This document shows positions 58,086 through 64,000 of a DNA stretch of 64,000 bases, piece after piece. Both the position numbers and the translations under genes were made by a program. The DNA lies in the NCBI GenBank assembly GCA_963708865.1, contig CAVPUC010000001.1, forward strand, positions 149,995 through 213,994, given 5' to 3'. The stretch comes from an uncultured Gammaproteobacteria bacterium. Its GTDB lineage: Bacteria > Pseudomonadota > Gammaproteobacteria > Steroidobacterales > Steroidobacteraceae. The notes beneath the pieces are model-generated. The model was not told the origin of the DNA and searched no databases. It saw nothing but the letters and a program-made list of their open reading frames with translations. Each line of letters begins with the position of its first letter. The first letter of the stretch is position 1.

Positions 58086-58104
58086 AGCCAGACGCCATCG
58101 ACCT

Positions 58105-58569
58105 ATGTTACGCATCAGCAAGTTGACCGACTACGCCACGGTGGTCCTGGCCGCCCTGGCCGAGCAGCCGGACCAGCAGCGCACCGCCGCGGCGCTGGCC
58201 GGGCGTACCCATATTGCCGCGCCTACCGTCAGCAAGTTGCTGAAGCAGCTGCATAAGGCGGGCCTGCTGACCTCGACGCGGGGGCTGCATGGGGGCTACC
58301 AGCTGGCCCGGCCACCGGCCCAGATCACGGTAGCGGCCATTCTCGATGCGCTGGAGGGACCCATGACCCTCACCGACTGCTCGGGCGGGCATGGGCATTG
58401 CGGCATCGAGCAGGGTTGCCGGGTGGCCCCGGTGTGGCAGCGCCTCAATGTCGCCATCCGCCGCGCCTTGAGCGATGTGACGCTGGCGGAGCTGGCCGGC
58501 CTGGACTCCGTACAACCCCGTCTGCCCATCCTGGAACACCAAATCAAATTCGCGGCACGCCATGACTGA
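58105..58569 (+). CDS. Rrf2-family transcriptional regulator (SUF system regulator)
   Basis: 154 aa. Rrf2 HTH ([19 protein letters not shown]…[32 protein letters not shown]) and a Cys cluster ([14 protein letters not shown]). Overlaps sufB by 8 nt. Confidence 0.85.
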   Translation: MLRISKLTDYATVVLAALAEQPDQQRTAAALAGRTHIAAPTVSKLLKQLHKAGLLTSTRGLHGGYQLARPPAQITVAAILDALEGPMTLTDCSGGHGHCGIEQGCRVAPVWQRLNVAIRRALSDVTLAELAGLDSVQPRLPILEHQIKFAARHD

Positions 58570-60008
58570 GACCACCGACCTCGAACAGCTGGTCAACCGC
58601 CAGTACCAGCACGGCTTCATCACGGACATCGAGTCCGAGACGGTGCCGCCGGGCCTCGATGAGGATGTCGTGCGGCTGATCTCGCGCAAAAAGGGCGAGC
58701 CGGAGTTCCTGCTGCAATGGCGCCTGAAGGCCCTGCGTCACTGGTTCACCTTGAAGGAGCCGCATTGGGCCAGTGCGCGCTATCCGGCCATCGACTATCA
58801 GTCGATCTCCTACTACTCCGTGCCCAAGTCCAAGACCGACGGGCCGAAGAGTCTCGATGAGGTCGATCCGAAGCTGCTGGCGACCTACGCCAAACTGGGT
58901 GTGCCGCTGCACGAGCGCGCGCGCCTGGCCGGGGTCGCGGTGGACGCCGTGTTCGACAGCGTCTCGGTGGCAACGACCTTCAAGGAACGTCTGTCCGCGG
59001 CCGGGGTCATCTTCTGCTCCTTCTCCGAGGCGGTGCGCACCCATCCGCATCTCATCGAGCAGTACCTGGGCAGCGTCGTGCCGGTCGCCGACAACTTCTA
59101 TGCCGCGCTCAACTCGGCGGTATTCACCGACGGCTCCTTCGTCTACGTCCCCAAAGGCGTGCGCTCGCCGATGGAACTGTCCACGTATTTTCGAATCAAT
59201 GCCGCCAATACCGGTCAGTTCGAACGCACGCTGATCATTGCCGATGCGGATTCGCACGTGAGCTATCTTGAAGGGTGTAGTGCGCCGATGCGCGATGAAA
59301 ACCAGCTGCATGCCGCGGTCGTGGAACTGGTGGCGCTCGACAATGCCTACATCAAATACTCGACGGTGCAGAACTGGTACCCGGGCGATGAGCGCGGCGT
59401 CGGGGGCATCTACAATTTCGTGACCAAGCGCGGCGAGTGCCGCGGTCGCAATTCGCACATCTCCTGGACCCAGGTGGAAACCGGCTCTGCGATCACCTGG
59501 AAGTACCCGAGCTGCGTCCTGCGCGGCGAGGGCTCGATCGGCGAGTTCTACTCGGTGGCGACAGTCAACAACTATCAGCAGGCCGACACCGGCACAAAGA
59601 TGATCCATATCGGCAAGAACACCCGCAGCACCATCGTCTCCAAGGGCATCTCGGCGGGTCATGGCCAGAACGCCTACCGGGGGCTTGGTGAAAATCCTCC
59701 CGAGCGCTCACGGTGCGCGCAATTTCACGCAGTGCGACTCGCTGCTGATGGGCGGGACCTGCGGGGCGCATACCTTTCCGTATGTGGAGGTCAAGAATCC
59801 GACCGCCACGGTGGAGCACGAAGCGAGTACCTCGAAGATCAGCGAAGACCAGCTGTTCTACTGCCAGCAGCGCGGCATCGCCACCGAGGATGCGGTGAAC
59901 ATGATCGTCAGCGGCTTTTGCAAATCAGTCTTCAAGGAGCTGCCGATGGAATTTGCCGTCGAGGCTCAGAACCTGCTCGCCGTGAGCCTCGAAGGGGCCG
60001 TCGGTTAG
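58562..60008 (+). pseudogene. sufB: Fe-S cluster assembly scaffold SufB, reading frame broken by one extra nucleotide at about 59687
   Basis: Frame 2 (…[15 protein letters not shown]) continues in frame 3 ([37 protein letters not shown]…EGAVG*, ORF 59661..60008). The wrong frame happens to read through into sufC, which produces the 742-aa ORF. Confidence 0.9.
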
Positions 60009-60040
60009 CCGCTCAGGAATTTTTTCGGAAAAACCCCATC

Positions 60041-60790
60041 ATGTTAATCATCGAAGATCTGCACGTCTCAGTGGGCGCCACCGCGGTCCTCAAGGGCGTG
60101 AATCTCACGGTTCCTACCGGCGAAGTGCACGCCATCATGGGCCCCAATGGCTCAGGCAAGAGCACACTGTCGTATGTGCTGGCCGGGCGTCCCGGCTACG
60201 AGGTTACGGCCGGCAAGGTCAGCTACGACGGCCAGGACCTGCTGGCGCTGGCGCCGGAGGAGCGCGCCCGACGCGGTGTCTTTCTGGGCTTCCAGTACCC
60301 GGTGGAGATTCCGGGCGTCAACAATGTGTACTTGCTGAAAGCCGCGTTGAACGCCATGCGCAAGCAGCGCGGCCTGCCCGAGGTGGATGCGTTCGAGTTT
60401 CTGGGGCTGGTGCGCGACAAGATGAAACTCATGCAGATGCCCGAGACGTTCCTGTCCCGCGGTGTCAATGAAGGTTTCTCCGGCGGTGAAAAGAAACGCA
60501 ATGAGATCCTGCAGATGCTGGTGCTGGAGCCGCATCTTGCGATACTGGATGAAACCGATTCGGGCCTCGATATCGATGCCTTGAAGGTGGTCGCGAGCGG
60601 CGTCAAAAGCCTGCGCGGGCCGGACCGCTCGTTCGTGCTGGTGACGCACTATCAGCGTCTGCTGGATCACATCGTCCCGGACAAGGTTCACGTGCTGGCG
60701 GGCGGGCGCATCCTGCGCAGCGGCGATCACACCCTGGCGCACGAGCTGGAACGCCGTGGCTATGACTGGGTGATCAGCGAGGCGGCATGA
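60041..60790 (+). CDS. sufC: Fe-S cluster assembly ATPase SufC
   Basis: ATG 60041 ([12 protein letters not shown]…). Walker [10 protein letters not shown], signature [11 protein letters not shown] and Walker [11 protein letters not shown]. 249 aa. Confidence 0.95.
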   Translation: MLIIEDLHVSVGATAVLKGVNLTVPTGEVHAIMGPNGSGKSTLSYVLAGRPGYEVTAGKVSYDGQDLLALAPEERARRGVFLGFQYPVEIPGVNNVYLLKAALNAMRKQRGLPEVDAFEFLGLVRDKMKLMQMPETFLSRGVNEGFSGGEKKRNEILQMLVLEPHLAILDETDSGLDIDALKVVASGVKSLRGPDRSFVLVTHYQRLLDHIVPDKVHVLAGGRILRSGDHTLAHELERRGYDWVISEAA

Positions 60791-62049
60791 CCAGCCCCCT
60801 TCTCACCCGCATTGCGGCCGAACACGCCGCAGCGCTCGCCGTGCAGTCGCCCGGCCCCCAGGCACAGGCCCATCGCCGCGGCGCCCTGCAGCGGCTGCTG
60901 GTGCGGGGCCTGCCGACCTCGCGCGATGAAAACTGGCGCTACGCGAATCTGCGCGCCTTGGAGAAGGCGAACTTCACGCCCGGGACGGTCGCGGGCGCCG
61001 TCAGCGCCGCAGCGCTTCCCGCGCCGATCGAAGGCTTCACCCGCTTCGTCTTCGTCGATGGCCAGTTTGCGCCGCAGCTCTCGGCCGCCCCCGGCGCGGG
61101 CGGCGCCGCAAGCCTGACCCGGCTGCAAGGCGAACTGCCAACCGGTGACCAGGCCTTCGCCTTGTTGAATGAAGCCTTCGCCACCGACGGGGCCGACCTG
61201 CAGGTGGTCGCAAGCGCCGCACCGGCCGATATCGAAGTGCTGTTCTACAGCGCCTCCCCTGCGGCAGCGTATCCGCGTCTGAAGGTCAGCGTCGCGCCCC
61301 ATGCGCGATTGCGACTGATCGAGCGCCACGTGGGTGCGCTCGACACGGCGCAATTCATCAACTGCGCGGTACGCATCGGGGTGGCCGAGGGCGCCTCCTG
61401 CACGCATTATCGACTGCAGGAGTCGGGCGCCGCGACGACCTGGACCGACACCCTGCGCGCCACGGTGTCGCGCGATGCCGGCTATCAGCTGCATCTGTTG
61501 CAGATCGGGGCGCTCTTCGCGCGCACCAGCGTCGACATCGAACTGGCAGGTACCGCGGCCCGTACCCGTATCGACACGGTGTCGCTCGCGGATGGCCAGC
61601 AGGTGCACGACAACATGATCGTCGTCGATCACCAGGCCGCGCATACCTCCACGCAGGAGAACTTCCGCGGCATTGCCGGCGGCCGCGCCCGCATCGCCTT
61701 CAATGGCCTGATCACGGTGCGCAACACGGCCCACCATGCCGATTCGGCACAATCGCTGAAGGGCCTGCTCGCTGGCCCGGATGCGGAAATCGATTTGCGG
61801 CCGCAGCTGGAGATCCATACCGATGAGGTGCGCTGCAGCCACGGCGCCACCACCGGCAAGCTGGACGAGAGCATGCTGTTCTATCTGCTGACCCGTGGCA
61901 TCGAAGGCGGATGTCGCCCAGCGGCTCCTCAAGTGGGCGTTCATCACCGACGTGGTCGCGAACATCGATGTACCGGCGCTGCGTACCCATGTCCAGCGCA
62001 GCCTCGCAAGCCGCATGCAGGACGCCCAGAGCCTGGAGGAACTGCTGTC

Positions 62050-62053
<4 letters not shown>
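60787..62053 (+). pseudogene. sufD: Fe-S cluster assembly protein SufD, reading frame broken by one extra nucleotide at about 61906
   Basis: Frame 1 (…EVRCSHGATTGKLDESMLFYLLTRGIE) continues in frame 2 (ADVAQRLLKWAFITDVVANIDVPALRTHVQRSL…EELLS*, stop at 62053). The wrong frame reads through into sufS, which produces the 837-aa ORF. Confidence 0.9.
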
Positions 62054-63299
<1,246 letters not shown>

Positions 63300-63300
<1 letters not shown>

Positions 63301-63773
63301 TGGAGTTGAAGGATCTGTACCGCGATGTGATCCTGGATCACAACCGCCAGCCGCGTAACTTCGGGCGGCTGGATCCGGCCGATGCTACCGCCGACGGCCA
63401 CAATCCGCTGTGCGGGGACCGGCTGACGGTCTCGCTGCGTCTGTCGGGCGACAAAATCGAAGACATCCGCTTCGAGGGCAAGGGCTGCGCCATCTCCACG
63501 GCGTCCGCCTCGCTCATGAGCGAGGCGGTGAAAGGCCGCGATCGCGCCGCCGTGCACACCTTGTTCAATCGAGTTCACGCCCTGCTCACGCAGCCCGGTG
63601 CCCCGGCGGATGAATCCCTGGGCAAGCTTGCGGCACTTTCGGGCGTGCGCGAGTTCCCCTCGCGGGTGAAGTGCGCGAGCCTGTGCTGGCACACGCTCAA
63701 TGCGGCCCTGGACCAGGGCGGTACGATCTCGACCGAAGGCGGCAATGAGTCCTCCTCGGAAGGTGCCCCGTGA
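63300..63773 (+). CDS. sufU: SUF-system NifU/IscU-like sulfur-transfer protein (SufU type)
   Basis: ATG 63300 overlaps the sufS stop. LYRDVILDHNRQPRNFG, NPLCGD, GKGCAISTASAS and VKCASL.W motifs are present. 157 aa. Confidence 0.85.
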
Positions 63774-64000
63774 GATCGCACGAAAACGAACCGGTCGTCA
63801 TCTACCGCGAAGTGCAGGCCGTGGTGGTACCGGCTGGTCAGGAGGTCACCCTCAAGCCCGGCCAGGCCGGCTATATCACCCAGGCGCTCGGCGGCAGCTT
63901 CACGCTCTATATCGACGGCAGCCTGTATCGATTGGCCGGCACCGATGCCGATGCCATCGGCAAAGAGGTCTTGAAGATTCCGCAGCTGCCGGTCAATGCG
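63770..64000 (+). CDS. sufT: Putative Fe-S assembly protein SufT (N-terminal domain), 3' end cut by window edge
   Basis: GTG 63770 overlaps the sufU stop. Frame 2 is open to the window end (VRSHENEPVVIYREVQAVVVPAGQEVTLKPGQAGYITQALGGSFTLYIDGSLYRLAG…). This pattern is typical of SufT N-terminal domains. It is absent from the ORF track because there is no stop inside the window. Confidence 0.6.
   Translation, partial: MRSHENEPVVIYREVQAVVVPAGQEVTLKPGQAGYITQALGGSFTLYIDGSLYRLAGTDADAIGKEVLKIPQLPVNA

Overview
GC-rich chromosomal segment. Its conserved gene order (ffs-dnaX-ybaB-recR, orn/rsgA, dapA-bamC/gcvR-bcp, mlaFEDCB, sufR-BCDS-U-T) points to a Gammaproteobacterium, by inference only.

Content from left to right:
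- tail of an efflux adaptor plus a NodT outer-membrane factor
- a pectin/hexuronate utilisation cluster: GH63-like, GH43, GH28, uxaA, exuT
- a lipoprotein quinohaemoprotein PQQ alcohol dehydrogenase, gntK, and a p-cresol-methylhydroxylase-like flavocytochrome pair
- ppsR/ppsA
- an accessory-looking stretch of visibly lower GC: an unknown secreted protein, a cupin, a gene-less gap, a secreted ankyrin protein, a PhzF-like gene and a Met-rich protein
- an AcoAB-like E1 pair with a free-standing lipoyl domain
- otsB with a disrupted GH15 gene
- aguB and an FAD oxidase
- housekeeping genes: prc, orn, rsgA, recR, ybaB, dnaX, SRP RNA, tRNA-Ser(GGA), dapA, gcvR, bcp, phoH, bepA, the mla genes and fba
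- a complete suf operon

I found no CRISPR array, transposase, integrase or recognisable defence system, and I cannot support a claim of a novel multi-gene system.

The strongest signal I can see directly is that 13 conserved genes between 15.9 and 62 kb are each split across two reading frames. Most splits look like a single extra or missing base; one is an 11-nt insertion that creates a 10-bp direct repeat. The 12 genes in the first 15.6 kb are all intact. This pattern looks more like consensus indel error than ancient pseudogenes, but only read data can settle it.

Secondary leads:
- E1 alpha/beta with only an 80-aa lipoyl carrier
- direct repeats and an Rrf2-type operator-like site in the sufR leader
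- a secreted ankyrin protein and an orphan secreted protein in the lower-GC region
- Met-rich secreted proteins

Gene starts that differ from the ORF track were chosen by frame arithmetic and local sequence context. They are less certain than the stops.
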